Assembly (NCBI RefSeq): GCF_006345805.1
Contig: NC_043013.1
Location: forward strand, 46,376,001-46,440,000
Length of the DNA stretch: 64,000 bases
Origin: Octopus sinensis
Lineage: Eukaryota
Direction of reading: 5' to 3'
The notes beneath the pieces were generated by a model that was given only the letters and a program-made list of their open reading frames with translations, searched no databases and had not been told where the DNA came from. A program made the position numbers and the translations under genes. Shown one piece after another: positions 28,241 through 39,802 of the stretch (positions are counted from its first letter, which is position 1; every line of letters starts with the position of its first letter).

Positions 28241-28636
28241 CTAGCAGTATAGCCCGGCGTTGCTTGGGTTTGTTTCGATCCTTTAGAATTGGAATTCTTG
28301 AAAAGTAAAAATTTTGCATTATGTAGCTTGCTATACTCTTTAAGTGAACATTTTCCTGGTTGAAATACACTGAAAAATGGCGACACAGCAGTAAAAAAAT
28401 CGTTAAAAAATAAGGATTTTCATAGAAAAAAAAGCATCTTTTTGATGTAAATAATTTTTGGTCTTAACATGGTCCGATTTGAATTTTATCTTCTACAGAA
28501 TGAAGAGCAAGCCTTTTTCTATCATACTCTCAAATTTGGTCAACTTGCACCGCAAGGTCTCGGAGCAAATAGTCTTAGTTGAAGGATACCAAACCTGCCA
28601 CACACACACAGACAACTTCAGCTTTATATATATAGA
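28241..28636 (-). mobile_element. Non-autonomous Helitron
   Basis: Minus strand starts TCTATATATATAAAG and ends cccaagcaacgccggg (subterminal hairpin) ctatactgCTAG; sits between A and T with no TSD. Confidence 0.85.
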
Positions 28637-28974
28637 TGTATGTATATATGCTCAGGCACTCAACTGTGAGCCCACAGTGTCTTATAGCAGAAACAGCTAT
28701 AAGCTAATGAAGTTCATATGATAAATGTTTATTCCTTTATCACCTCAATTTCATATGTACACACACACAGACACATTTGTGCACCTAAGTGTGTATAAAG
28801 ACATGTATACATATGGAATTATGTTTATTTTAAGATTTTATTCTAAAGGAAGTTGAAGAATAATATACACACACAAACACACACGCGTGTATTTGTAGGT
28901 GTGTATTTATATTCGTTCCGTGTTATTATTAAGTGGAGTATGTGTAACACGAAGCAAATATAAATACACACAAA

Positions 28975-29176
28975 TGGCACAAAACCAGCTATTTCAGGGG
29001 GAGGCACAGGTCACTTACATCAACCCAAATACTAAGCAGGTACTTATTTTATTGACCCCAAAAGGATGAAAAGCTAAGTCGGCCTCAATGGAATTTTAAC
29101 TCAGAATGTAAAGAAGGACGAAATGCTGCTAAGCAATTTTCCTGGCATGCTAAGGGTGCAGCCAACTTGCCAGCTC
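28975..29176 (-). mobile_element. SINE family 2 copy (decayed)
   Basis: gtacttattttattgaccccaaaaggatgaaaagctaagtcggcctc...aactcagaatgtaaagaaggacgaaatgc. Confidence 0.75.
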
Positions 29177-29504
29177 TGTGTGTGTATTTATGTTGAAAGC
29201 ATGACTTAGATTAGAGTGTTGACATCGTGATCATAATTTCTTCAGTGTCGTTCACAGACCAGGCAGCCCATTGTGTCACAGAGCAAGGAACTTCATTTCA
29301 TGTTCACCAGTCTATTCATAAAAAAATGAGAATTGGCAGCAGCAAGGAGTTAAACTGACAAGAGACTAGCATCCCAGCCAGGGGTAATGACTTATTCATT
29401 TTTGCTTAAAGCCTTAGATACCGTGAAAAATCCTGAACTTGTGAAGTGTTGAGACAAACCAGACGCATACAGACATATACGCATATGTAGACACACACAC
29501 ACAC

Positions 29505-29787
29505 AAACATGATCAACCACACATAGTCAAAGTATTCGATTGGCTTGTTTGCCAGTAGGCTGAGATTTTAGTGTGGTGAGGACAACTCCCTCAAAGTGCT
29601 GGATGTTAAAACCCCCGAAAGTCACAAACAGGTGAGACAACTCACCCCAAATCCCATCACCTGTCTATGACTTTCAGGTGTACTAACATCCAACACATTG
29701 AGGGAGTCGTTCCTACCATGCTAAATTGCAGGCCTTCTAATGAACAGGCGAAGCACAGACATTGTGTATATATGGTTGATAATGTTT
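29505..29787. repeat. Long ungapped imperfect inverted repeat (131-nt arms, 21-nt spacer)
   Basis: 29505-29635 aligns without gaps to the reverse complement of 29657-29787; about 36 mismatches by hand count. Confidence 0.9.
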
Positions 29788-29833
29788 ACAACATCACCAC
29801 TGCATCAAATTCATATTTGAATATATATATATA

Positions 29834-30085
29834 CTAGCTTAAGTTGACCCGCTCTACGCGCGGGTAAGGGCGTGGTTGTTACTTTCTGTTGCTTCGGGAT
29901 TTTTTGCCCAAGTAACCACAGCTTTTGAGATAGGGATTTCTAATCTAGCCCACTCACATCCTCACCTCATTTTACATGTCCCCGTAAATTTTGGAGTCAA
30001 TCCGACGCGATCTAGTGGCCTTTAATCCGTTCTCTATGCCAAAACCAGACAAACAAACTTTTCGCATTTCAGAATTATAATATAG

Positions 30086-30086
<1 letters not shown>
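29834..30086 (-). mobile_element. Non-autonomous Helitron (second family)
   Basis: Minus strand starts TCTATATTATAA and ends acccgcgcgtagagcgggt (hairpin) caacttaagCTAG; A|T target. Confidence 0.85.
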
Positions 30087-30128
<42 letters not shown>

Positions 30129-31023
30129 TATATATATACACATATATACACACACACATATATATATATACATATATATATATACATACATACATACATA
30201 CATACACTGAAATTGGTTAAAAAGTGATGATGGTCAATGGCTAGAAGAATACTGAGTGAAGCCTAGTAACCAGTTGATCTAGCAAGTGGGGCCTCTTCTC
30301 AATGAAGAGTTCACTGCACTTTAATGTGGTTGATCCCATAAGCTGCTTGTGTCTAGTCTGTGGTGCATTCAGCTAGTAGCTCTTGTATCTTCAAGTTGTT
30401 TGCAAATAATATATACACACACACACACACACACCACATATATATATATATTTATTCACACACACACACGTGTACACACAAACGTTTGTATGGACACACA
30501 CATGCTAATGCTGGTTGGCAATATTTCAGATCAGGAGATTCTTTGAACACCTGGAGATGTCGGAGCATACACCAATTTGGGTTTGTATATATATATATTA
30601 AATATATATTTTATATATATATATATATATATAATTTTTATATTCACAGCTGGGCTTTCTCTCATTTGTATCAGCTAAGTCAACATTTGCTGCCTGTCTT
30701 GTCTACCTGAAACCCTCCCATCTCTCTCTATCAACCCTTTCTCTTCGCTGTGCCATGCCACCTGTGAAATGAGAAAAATCGTTAGATAAGTTCATACCCT
30801 CTTCTTTACCATTAACCTGTATTCAACTGCTTCTCCCTCCCTCCTTCCTTTGACGATGCTTTAGAAAACAAATAATTGCATCAGATCTTCTCCTCTTACT
30901 CCGAAGCACTGCAACTCAACTCTCCCCTTTCTCCCTTTTCTTATACCTTTATTGACATCAACCACCTTACCTTCTGTACATACATACATACATATTATAT
31001 AAACATATATATATATTTTATTG

Positions 31024-31350
31024 TGGAGGCGCAATGGCCCAGTGGTTAGGGCAGCGGACTCGCGGTCGTAGGATCGCGGTTTCGATCCCCAGACCGGGGC
31101 GTTGTGAGTGTTTATTGAGCGAAAACACCTAAAAAGCTCCACGACGCTCTGGCAGGGGGTGGTGGTGATCCCTGCTGTACTCTTTCACCACTCTTCTCCA
31201 CCTCTTTCTTTTTCCTTCTCGCTATTCTTTTTGGCCTACTCGCTTAGCCAGCGGGGTGGCGCCATTCAAAGGCTAAAACAATGCGAACGCATTGTGACCA
31301 GCGATGTGTAAAAAACATCTGATGGTCTGGTCGGTCACGTGGTCACGTGA
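31024..31350 (+). mobile_element. tRNA-derived SINE family 3 (young, CpG intact)
   Basis: ggcgcaatggcccagtggttag (A box)...ggtttcgatccc (B box); ends in gtcacgtggtcacgtga; a decayed minus-strand 3' piece lies at about 34540-34690. Confidence 0.85.
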
Positions 31351-31997
31351 TATATTTTATTACTTCCATTACTGGTTTCCACTAGAGTATGTGGCCTTGC
31401 TGGAGCACTGCCACAAAAATAGATGCAAAGCAATTTTCTGAAGCTCTAACTATTCTGCCACCTCGCTACCTTAAAAGTGAAATGATGCATATATGTACAT
31501 GTATATCATATATCCAAAATCATACAAATATACACACATTTAGATATGTACACACAAAAACACACACATAGCTACATACACATACATACATAGCTACACA
31601 CAGACACACATAATTTTAATATTATACAGCCTGAAAGTAATCATATTTAACAATTTGTAGGCTCTCTAGAGAGCACATCCCTAATATAGATCAGCTGCAT
31701 ATAAAGCAGTCATGACTAAGGCTACCACTGTGGTGGCTAACCTAATTTGCATAGTTGCACTTTTTTGAAGGCTTGTCATTAATTAAAACAATATCTATTT
31801 ATGCACAATACAGTATAAATTAGATGCAGTGAATAAAATTTAAATTTAGTAAAACCTTACTGTGGTTTAATAAGACATCAAACATCCGTTTTATACACCT
31901 GTTGTGTAGAAGAGAGGAGTCCCCTGACAGACAGTTTTATGGTCTGTTGACCCCTCATCAGACATATATTGGCCCCTCAATAAATAGCATAGAGTTG

Positions 31998-32032
<35 letters not shown>

Positions 32033-32036
<4 letters not shown>

Positions 32037-32185
32037 GAGAGTTTACGAAAAAAACAAGACGAAGACAGGTGGTGTACAAAACAAACAGATGTATTAGTAT
32101 AACGCTCAGGAATAGAAAAAGTCTTTTACGTTTCAAGCCTACGCTCTTCTACAGAAAGGGACACAGAAAAAACAAGGAGAGACGG
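32033..32185 (-). mobile_element. (TA)n-embedded Penelope/retrozyme-like repeat, family B, with hammerhead-like motif
   Basis: Nearly identical to 41235-41357; minus strand 32158-32123 reads CUUU CUGUAGA A GAGC GUAG GCUU GAAAC GUA AAAG. Confidence 0.6.
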
Positions 32186-32739
32186 TAAATGAAAGATGGA
32201 AGATGGGGTATATGAGAATTTATTAATCACAATTGTTTTGACACATCTAGCATTGATCCCTAGCTGAGGAGCATATATATATAGGTAAAGATAAATATGG
32301 TAGGTCTATGGGGTTACCCTGGGTTTCATATCCCTAAAGCACATCTTTACAGCATTTCTTCAGACTCTAGGCCTATGACCTCTCTAGGAAATGGAGGAAG
32401 AAAATACTTTGTGACTCTATGTCAACAATGGAACATTGTCTCCTATTGGCCGCTACTCATAATTGAACCTACTATTGTGTGGATCCCAGGACACCAACAG
32501 GCATTTCCTGAAGTACAAGCAAGGTCCAAAGACTTCTGTCCTGGAGTTAAGGATATTCTTTGGGTTGAGGGAGTGCTTTAATATCCTTTAATATATAAAT
32601 GCATGCATACATACATAGAACCATACAGACACACATACAAGTAGAGGTATGCACATACATATGCATACACTCACATATGTTGATATGATGAAAAATTCTG
32701 GTTTGATTGTTGTTAGTCCATAATTATGAAAGAACTTAA

Positions 32740-32958
32740 CCCTTTAGTGTTCAGATTATTCAATCAAACATAATGCTTATTGATTCCCATTGATTTGAAT
32801 TAATCATGCATTATCTCATATCTTCAAGATCTTGATGGTGTAATTACTTAATGTAGAATAACATTGTAGGGTAGGTGTGAGAGCCTGGATCTGGTCAGTT
32901 TGAACATAAAACAGATTAAATATTTTGGCCAGATATGGCCAGTTTAAATACTAAAGGG
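32740..32958 (+). mobile_element. piggyBac-like MITE (second family)
   Basis: TTAA|ccctttagtgtt ... aatactaaaggg|TTAA; opposite-orientation copy at 44354-44570. Confidence 0.85.
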
Positions 32959-33663
32959 TTAATGCTGAATACAGAATATTTCATAAACGGGTCTATTTGT
33001 GTTCTTGCAGCATGGTCCCTGTTGTTTCAGTAAAGTAACAGTTTATTAAGCTTCATCAGAGAAGTTGCCATTTCAGTAGCTGTGAAACTGCATCAATTCA
33101 TATTGTTTTTGTTATAGAAGAAGGAGCTGGGGAGGAAATGATACAAAAGTGTGTTGATGGAATGAAACAGCAAAGAAGAAAGTGAGTGGTAAATAAGGAA
33201 GAGAGGGAGGGAAGTTGAGGAGTGAGTGGGGAAGGAAATAAGAATGAATAAGAAGGAGCTAAAGATAGGGTAGCTGGAGCAGTTGGGTGGAGAGCAAAAG
33301 AAGCGACAGGGTGGAGAAGGGCAGGAGAAGTGGGGTGGCTATGGAGGCAAAGTCTGGATGGAATACAAAGGTCAACATTTTGATAAATAAAGCTAAGAGT
33401 AAGGAGTGACTAGTAACGAAGAAGTACTACAGTGAAATTTGACCCAAATATAACTTAGTTATATGCAGAATGTAAACTAGTCAGAATTACTCAAGAGATG
33501 ATGATGGTGGTGGTGGTAATTATATTCTTAGGAACAATATACATTTTTACATACCTTATACAGTGATCAGAGACATATGCTAACATATTTATATATAAGG
33601 GAATTCAAAATTATGGAATGTCTTTATAATGTACATATATATATAATTATCTATATACATGTC

Positions 33664-33713
<50 letters not shown>

Positions 33714-33714
33714 G

Positions 33715-33915
33715 TTAATCCAAACAAGAAAACAAAAAGACAACAACGCAAGGACGTGGAACAAATAAAGTATTATTGGACGCTCAGGAAAGAAGGGAAG
33801 AAGGAAGGTTTGACGTTTCGAGCGGAGCTCTTCGTCGGAAACATAGGAGAAGAATAGATCCCGAGAAGGGAAGACAGGGGAAAAAAATCGCTAGTGATAC
33901 AGACGAGGTCACATA
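33715..33915 (-). mobile_element. (TA)n-embedded Penelope/retrozyme-like repeat, family A
   Basis: Collinear with 46720-46920 (gttaatccaaac...gtattattggacgctcaggaa...gtttcgagcggagctcttc...gaggtcacat); flanked by (TA)n. Confidence 0.65.
33808..33842 (-). ncRNA. Minimal type I hammerhead ribozyme-like motif (U4C variant)
   Basis: GUUU CCGACGA A GAGC UCC GCUC GAAAC GUC AAAC: stem I GUUU/AAAC, stem II GAGC/GCUC, loopless palindromic ACGU stem III, GUC triplet. Confidence 0.6.
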
Positions 33916-34016
33916 TATATATGTATAATTATTATTTGAGGGAATAAAATCCAGACTTACAAGGAAAAAGAATTCAATTTAGAAATGCTAAATCAAATTC
34001 CATACAATATAATATA

Positions 34017-34154
34017 TATAAAATATTAGAAAAAAAACCACCTTTTATCAATTCAAAATGAATAATTACACCATCTATTATATGTAATTTTCTAGATGGT
34101 GTAATTTGATTATTCATTTTGAATTGATAAAAGGTGGGTTTTTTTCTAATATTT

Positions 34155-34158
<4 letters not shown>
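34017..34158. repeat. Near-perfect fold-back, about 60-65 bp arms
   Basis: tataaaatattagaaaaaaaaccaccttttatcaattcaaaatgaataattacaccatcta pairs with tagatggtgtaatttgattattcattttgaattgataaaaggtgggttttttctaatattttata (one short indel). Confidence 0.9.
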
Positions 34159-34193
<35 letters not shown>

Positions 34194-34688
34194 GGCCGTA
34201 GGTCTTAATCACTTTTACCTTTACATCCATTTTCCCAAGCCAGGATGGGTTAGACAAATATATTATTGAGACAATACTTAACAGCTGGATATCCTCCCCA
34301 TTGCTAATCCTTAAAAGTTTGTCAAAAAAGAGTATATTTTATTCTGCAAGTCTCTAGACAGTACAAAACAGTCTGACGGTCTGTTGACAAGGCACAAGGC
34401 AAATGACTGCAATGTCACAGCTTGTAACTGAGTAGGTTTAGGAAAAGCATATATGTAATATGTATGTATTTTGGGAGGATCATTATGCTAATGAAAACAT
34501 ATATACACCCGCCCATATATATATATATATATCATGATATTGGTATCATGTGATCCACCGGACTATCGGATAAGGTTATACATTGCTAGTCACAATGTGC
34601 TTTGCAGTGCTTTTGAACGATGCTGTCATACTGGCTAGATGACCAGGTCACCAACGTTCCTCTGATCAGAAGGATATGCTGTCACAAG

Positions 34689-34732
<44 letters not shown>

Positions 34733-34770
34733 GGTATGTGTGTATGTATGTAAATATAAATGTTTGTGGC

Positions 34771-34922
34771 TGGCTGTGTGGTACAAAGTTTACTGCCCAA
34801 CCAAATGGCTCCAGGTTCAGTCCTGCTGCGTAGCACCTTGGGCAAATGTCTTCTACTGTACCTGTGGGCCAACAAAAAGCCTTGTGAGTGGATCAGGTAG
34901 ATGGAAACTGAAAGAAGCCCGT

Positions 34923-34957
<35 letters not shown>

Positions 34958-35154
34958 GTCTGTTTGTCCCCCCACCATCACTTAACAACCAATGTTGGTG
35001 TGTTCATGTCCCCGTACCTTAGCGGTTCAGCAATAGAGACCGATAAAATAAGTACTAGGCTTACAAAGAATAAGTCCTGGGATTGATTTGTTCGACTAAA
35101 GGCAGTGCTCCAGCATGACCACAGTCAAATGACTGAAACAAATAAAAGAATAAA
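34771..35154 (+). mobile_element. SINE family 1 copy
   Basis: tggctgtgtggtac...ggttcagtcc...ccttgggcaaatgtcttctac...gactgaaacaaataaaagaataaaa. Confidence 0.87.
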
Positions 35155-35159
35155 ATATA

Positions 35160-35303
35160 TAGGAAGGGCATCCAGCTGTAAGAAACTTTGCCAGATCACA
35201 TTGGAGCCTGGTGCAGCCTTCTGGCCCGCCAGCCCTCAGTCAAACTGTCCAACCCATGCCAGCATGGAAAGCGGACGTTAAACGATGATGATGATAATGA
35301 TGA
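35160..35303 (+). mobile_element. RTE-type 3' tail/SINE tail ending in (GAT)n
   Basis: taggaagggcatccagctgta...ccaacccatgccagcatggaaagcggacgttaaacgatgatgat; related pieces at about 330-490, 2940-3045, 39520-39700 and 48762-48810 (minus). Confidence 0.7.
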
Positions 35304-35756
35304 TATATATATATATTTATATATGTCAGTCCAACCAATGTCTTATGAATAAACAGTGAGTGCTTTCACAATCACATGATTTCGATGCTGATCTTCTGAC
35401 GAAGCACTGAACATCTGGTGCCTTTCCTTCGTCCGACCGTTTTGGCTACCTCTAACATCACACAGGAATGTGGTATACCCATCCCAAAACTGAAATACAA
35501 ACGGTAAGTATAAACATGCATATTTGTGTGCATTAATACATTTATTCAGATTGGTATTCTCTGTATGCTGCAACATGGGCAGTGTCTCAGGCTGTTGAGA
35601 ATGTTATATTTGGTAGAGCAATTCCTTGGTCTTTGAGTCAACAAAACATGACAGACCTCTGATTTTTTTTTTTTTTTTCCTGTCCCTGGCCATAAAGAAG
35701 TACATGTGTTGGGTAAGCTTTCTCTCTTCTAATCTTTATCATAAATTCCCTTGTAA

Positions 35757-36033
35757 CAGTAGTTCCGAACATTTTCAGGCTGCCGCCCCCTTGGCACCCA
35801 GGCCACATTCCTAGCGCCCCATTACCCTACCCACCACAAATATGGACCACTTTCTGCAGCAAATTCAAAACAACTGTATTTCACAAATAAAACATAAAAC
35901 TCATTAACCTATTAGTGTTTTTATTTTACATCACCCCATTTTAGCCACCCTGTTTTCATCCCACTTTTCTTCAACCCCCCCCCCCCACACCACACACACA
36001 AAGGGGCAGTACTGCCCACTTTGGGAACTATTG
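35757..36033. mobile_element. hAT/Charlie-like MITE (decayed)
   Basis: Termini cagtagttccgaac / tttgggaactattg; flanks ccttgtaa vs ctttagaa only partly match. Confidence 0.6.
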
Positions 36034-36226
36034 CTTTAGAATACTATCATGTGGGATGAGTTTCATCCTTGGCAACACTGCACTGGATAAGCAGTATTTC
36101 CTCAAAAGTAAGTGGCTTCATTTCAGCAACTGTATGCAGGTACCTCGGGTCAAAGCCATGCGTGTGTTTCGTCTGTTGCAATGCATTATACTTGATGCAA
36201 TATTGTCAAGGAAAAAGCAACACAGC

Positions 36227-36490
36227 CAGGGCTGTGGAGTTGGGGTCGGAAACAATTAAAAGGAAGCTGGAATCAGAGTCGGTAAAACTATACCGACTCC
36301 GACTCACAATATCTTTGTTCTTTAATATAAACCAGTTATAAAATACAGGCTTAGTCAAAGTACAGGTGTGTTCATAGGCTTTATGAGATATGTAGACCAC
36401 AATCATTTAATTACATAAAGAGTCGGAGTCAGAGGTGCCAATAGTACAGGAGGTGGAGTCAAAGATTTTTGTTTTGACTCCACAGTCCTG
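36227..36490. mobile_element. hAT-like MITE with GGAGTC subterminal repeats
   Basis: TIR cagggctgtggagt / actccacagtcctg; 8-bp TSD aacacagc vs aacacaac (7/8). Confidence 0.85.
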
Positions 36491-36559
36491 AACACAACTT
36501 GGCATGATATTCATTAAAGAATGTTATGATATTCGTGTGTGCTTTGGTGGACTTAATCA

Positions 36560-37000
36560 GCTGTGAGAGAAAATGCACAATAGCCAGAATAAGGGCAGGC
36601 AGGAAAAGCTAGCAACGAGAGAATACTCTCTTTGAGTGAATGGAAGAGTATGAAGTGCACTGTTGCATAGCTGTGGAATAGGGACACATAATGCACAGCA
36701 TGTGTGAAGTTTATGAAGGAATGAAGCAAGCTTGCTGGGCTGCATGTGTGTAAAGTTAGCAAGTGTCGAGGACACGGGACTGATGAGCCAAGAGAGAAGA
36801 CTTAAGTAGCTGAAGAGTCATAATGTGCAACGACAAAGGATGAGTTGGTGTGGATGTGTGATGCACATGGAGGATGATTGAAGTGCCAGGATGACCAAGT
36901 GGAAGGAAAATATGATGGAGGAAGAGGAAGACATGGACAGAAGTGATAAAAGCTGTTTTCATGATGTTTAAACTTCACCAAAAAGACAGTAAAAGAATAC
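36560..37000 (+). mobile_element. Decayed RTE-clade LINE 3' ORF fragment
   Basis: Broken translation gives ARIRAG, ALLHSCG, ERNEASLLGCMC and RMSWCGCVMHMEDD, resembling the RTE C-terminal RLRWxGHVxRM region. Confidence 0.7.
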
Positions 37001-37049
37001 AACAAACATAATATAAAATGAAATTTTATTTATACATAAGGTAAAGGAT

Positions 37050-37373
37050 AAGATCCCTCCCCCTTTGATTGCACCTAGAAAGTTCTCCTCTGAGGCAAAA
37101 GTCCGGGTAAGGTTGTTTATGGAAGGCCAGCAGTCACCCCTGCACACCAGCAGTATCTTTCCATGCCACCGATTTTATCCAAAGGAAAAGCAAAGGGGCC
37201 GATACAACTTGGCACCAGTGACATCGCAACTCATTTCTGCAGCTGAGTGAACTGGAGCCACGTGAAATAAAGTGTCTTGCTCAAGAACACAACATACAAC
37301 CCAGTCTAGTAATTGAACTCACGACCTCTTGATTGTGAGCCCGACACTCTAACTGCTGAGCCATGTACCTTCA
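37050..37373 (-). mobile_element. tRNA-derived SINE family 4
   Basis: Minus strand gtgaaggtacatggctcagcagttagag (A box)...gagttcaatt (B box)...gttcttgagcaagacactttatttcac; decayed plus-strand copy at about 29195-29390. Confidence 0.75.
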
Positions 37374-37803
37374 CACATACACACACATATATATATATAT
37401 ACATATACACACAAACACATACTTTACATACATTTTTTTTCATTGGTTGTTGATACCTTGGAAAGATTACCTTAGCCGTAGCTGCCCCAAGCACAATTTC
37501 AAAGTAAACAATTCTCACTAGAAAACTATGCACAAAACAGAAGCTGATATGTAACCTGATACCACCAGACCATTTATACCTCAGCATGTGGAACAGCTTT
37601 TTCCCTTTCACCTCCAGTACCTGATGTCACAAAAAAAAATTTCAAACTTTACAGGTCAACAACCACCAGACACCACCACCAAACTGTCTCTGCTAACACA
37701 TGGAAACATGCATAGAATTATCTGGTTGCTATTTTAACAAACTATTCACATGGTTACAACAGACCATTGAAGGCCCCCCTCGACACTGTTGATATGTATA
37801 TTT

Positions 37804-38038
37804 AAGGCGGTGAGCTGGCAGAAATGTTAGCACACCGGGCGAAATGTGTATCTGTATTTCGTCTACCGTTATGTTCTGAGTTCAAATTCCGCTGCGGTCG
37901 ACTTTGCCTCTCATCCTTTTGGAGTCGATTAAATAAGTACCAGTTATGCACTGGGGTCGATATAATCGACTTAATCCGTTTGTCTGTCCTTGTTTGTCCT
38001 CTCTGTGTTTAGCCCCTTGTGGTTAGTAAAGAAATAGG
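37804..38038 (+). mobile_element. SINE family 2, full length
   Basis: aaggcggtgagctggcagaa...gagttcaaattcc...gtcgactttgcct...agtaaagaaata; reverse complement of 49883-50119. Confidence 0.9.
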
Positions 38039-38528
38039 TATGTATATTTATATGCCCATCTGCCATCGAAATTTATCTTCCCCAGTACAAAATTTTAAGT
38101 CATATGAAACGAGACAACTACATGTGTTGGATGCTGCTTTCTTTCATTTATTCACCTCCCAGTATAAATAGATGTTTGCAAAACGTGTGAGTGTGTGTGT
38201 GTGTGTTCAAATTAATGGTGAGAACAACAACAAAGAAGACACAGTGAAAACAAGGAGAGAGGAGTTTAGCACTGAATGAGAGATCAGGAATACAGATAAG
38301 TCTCTGAAATTTCAAGCTCAAGCCTCTTAAATTTAGTTAGAAGGAAAGAATTGGAGAAAGAAAAGAAAATGTGAATGGAAAGAGAGATATGAATTGTTCT
38401 ACATTGTTATATTTAAAATTGCAGAGTTTTAAGAACCAAGAGTGACGCAGAAGGAAAGAGGTTCCTTTATACATGGACAACAGAGGAAGTAACTGCAGAA
38501 ATTAAGCATGTTTGAATGCGCATGTATA

Positions 38529-39427
38529 TATTGGGTCATCTTATAAATAGTGAGGTTTTTTAATACTTCTTTTATTTTACAAAATTAAGATAAACAAAGT
38601 TCTTTTTTTTATCTAAAATATAGTCTCCTTCATTTTCTACTATACTCTTCTATCTATCTGCAAGGTCCCTCTTCTAAAATTCACTTGCCTGTGATGAAAA
38701 ACACTCCACCAGTACTGTTCTGACTCTGTCTACAGAATTTGTATTTTTTCTGCCCAAATAATTTTGAAGACTACGGAATAAATGATAATCAGATGGGGCA
38801 ATGTCCAGCAAATATGATGGGTGGGGCATCGTTTCCCATTCAAACTACTCCAGCCTTTGGAATATCATCCTTACTGTATGTGGCTGAGCATTATCCTGAT
38901 AGAAAAACACCTTTTGTCTTCAAACCAAAGGTGGTTGTTTTTCTCCTAGCGCAGGTGTCGATAAATGGTTGAATGACCAAATTTGAGCTTCTCTGCTAGT
39001 TCCTCAACAGTTACAATGGGATTTTGTTCCACCAGGATGTCCTCATCGAGCTCTACAGATCATCTAGGACAGGCTCGTCTTTTAGGCAGCAGTTTCCCAC
39101 TCGGAATTTCTGGAACCACTGTTGACATTGGCTTAAGCTTATTGTTTAATCCGCATATACTGCATTAATATTCCTCACACTTTCCGGTGCGTCGTTGCTT
39201 TTATTGAACTCATAATCAAAATATGCTGAATATGCTCCTTTGTCACTTCCATTATAGCTTTGAAAAAATAACTGTTAAAATGGAACTGCACTCTTCAAAA
39301 CTTGCACTAAGAATAAGGACAAGATAAAATTACTACCTGCTTTTGATGTAGGTAGTTTATCCCATCTCTCTCTGACTTTTAGTTCATGCAATTGAAAAAG
39401 CTGCATTATTTATGGGATGACTCAATA
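38529..39427 (-). mobile_element. Internally deleted, decayed mariner (Tc1/mariner, D,D34D-type) transposon
   Basis: TIRs tattgggtcatcttataaatagtg / cattatttatgggatgactcaata with TA ends; minus strand encodes QQWFQKFR...EELAEKLKFGHSTIYRHLR (HTH region) joined to QDNAQPHT...HPPSYLLDIAPSDYHLFRSLQN, with stops and frameshifts. Confidence 0.92.
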
Positions 39428-39736
39428 CATGTGTAAGTGGGGTTTTTTTATCATGTTAGTAATTACTAATGTTTAGTTGTGGGTATAGTTATTACAATGT
39501 GTGTACAAATACATATTATGCCAGCGTCATGTAAAAAGCACCCAGTACACTCTGTAAAATAGCTGGCACTAGGAGGGGCATCCAACCATTGAAACCATGC
39601 CAAAACTGACAACTGGAGCCTAAACAGCTGTCTGGTTGGTCAGCTGCTATCAAACCACCAACCCATGCATGCATGGAAAATGGACATTAAATGATGATTC
39701 ACAAAATAAGCAATAAAATGCATCTATCTATCTATA

Positions 39737-39802
<66 letters not shown>

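Noticed and set aside
31024-31100. Possible tRNA gene
   Set aside because: A and B boxes are present, but there is no proper acceptor stem and it continues into a SINE body that has a second partial copy in the window
31856-31915. 38-nt minus-strand exon (CAG|...|GTAAGG)
   Set aside because: Splice-like signals exist, but two frames stop and nothing else supports it; such matches are expected by chance in 64 kb
35396-35425. CUGACGA-A-GCAC...GUGC as a hammerhead
   Set aside because: Stem II is not followed by GAAA
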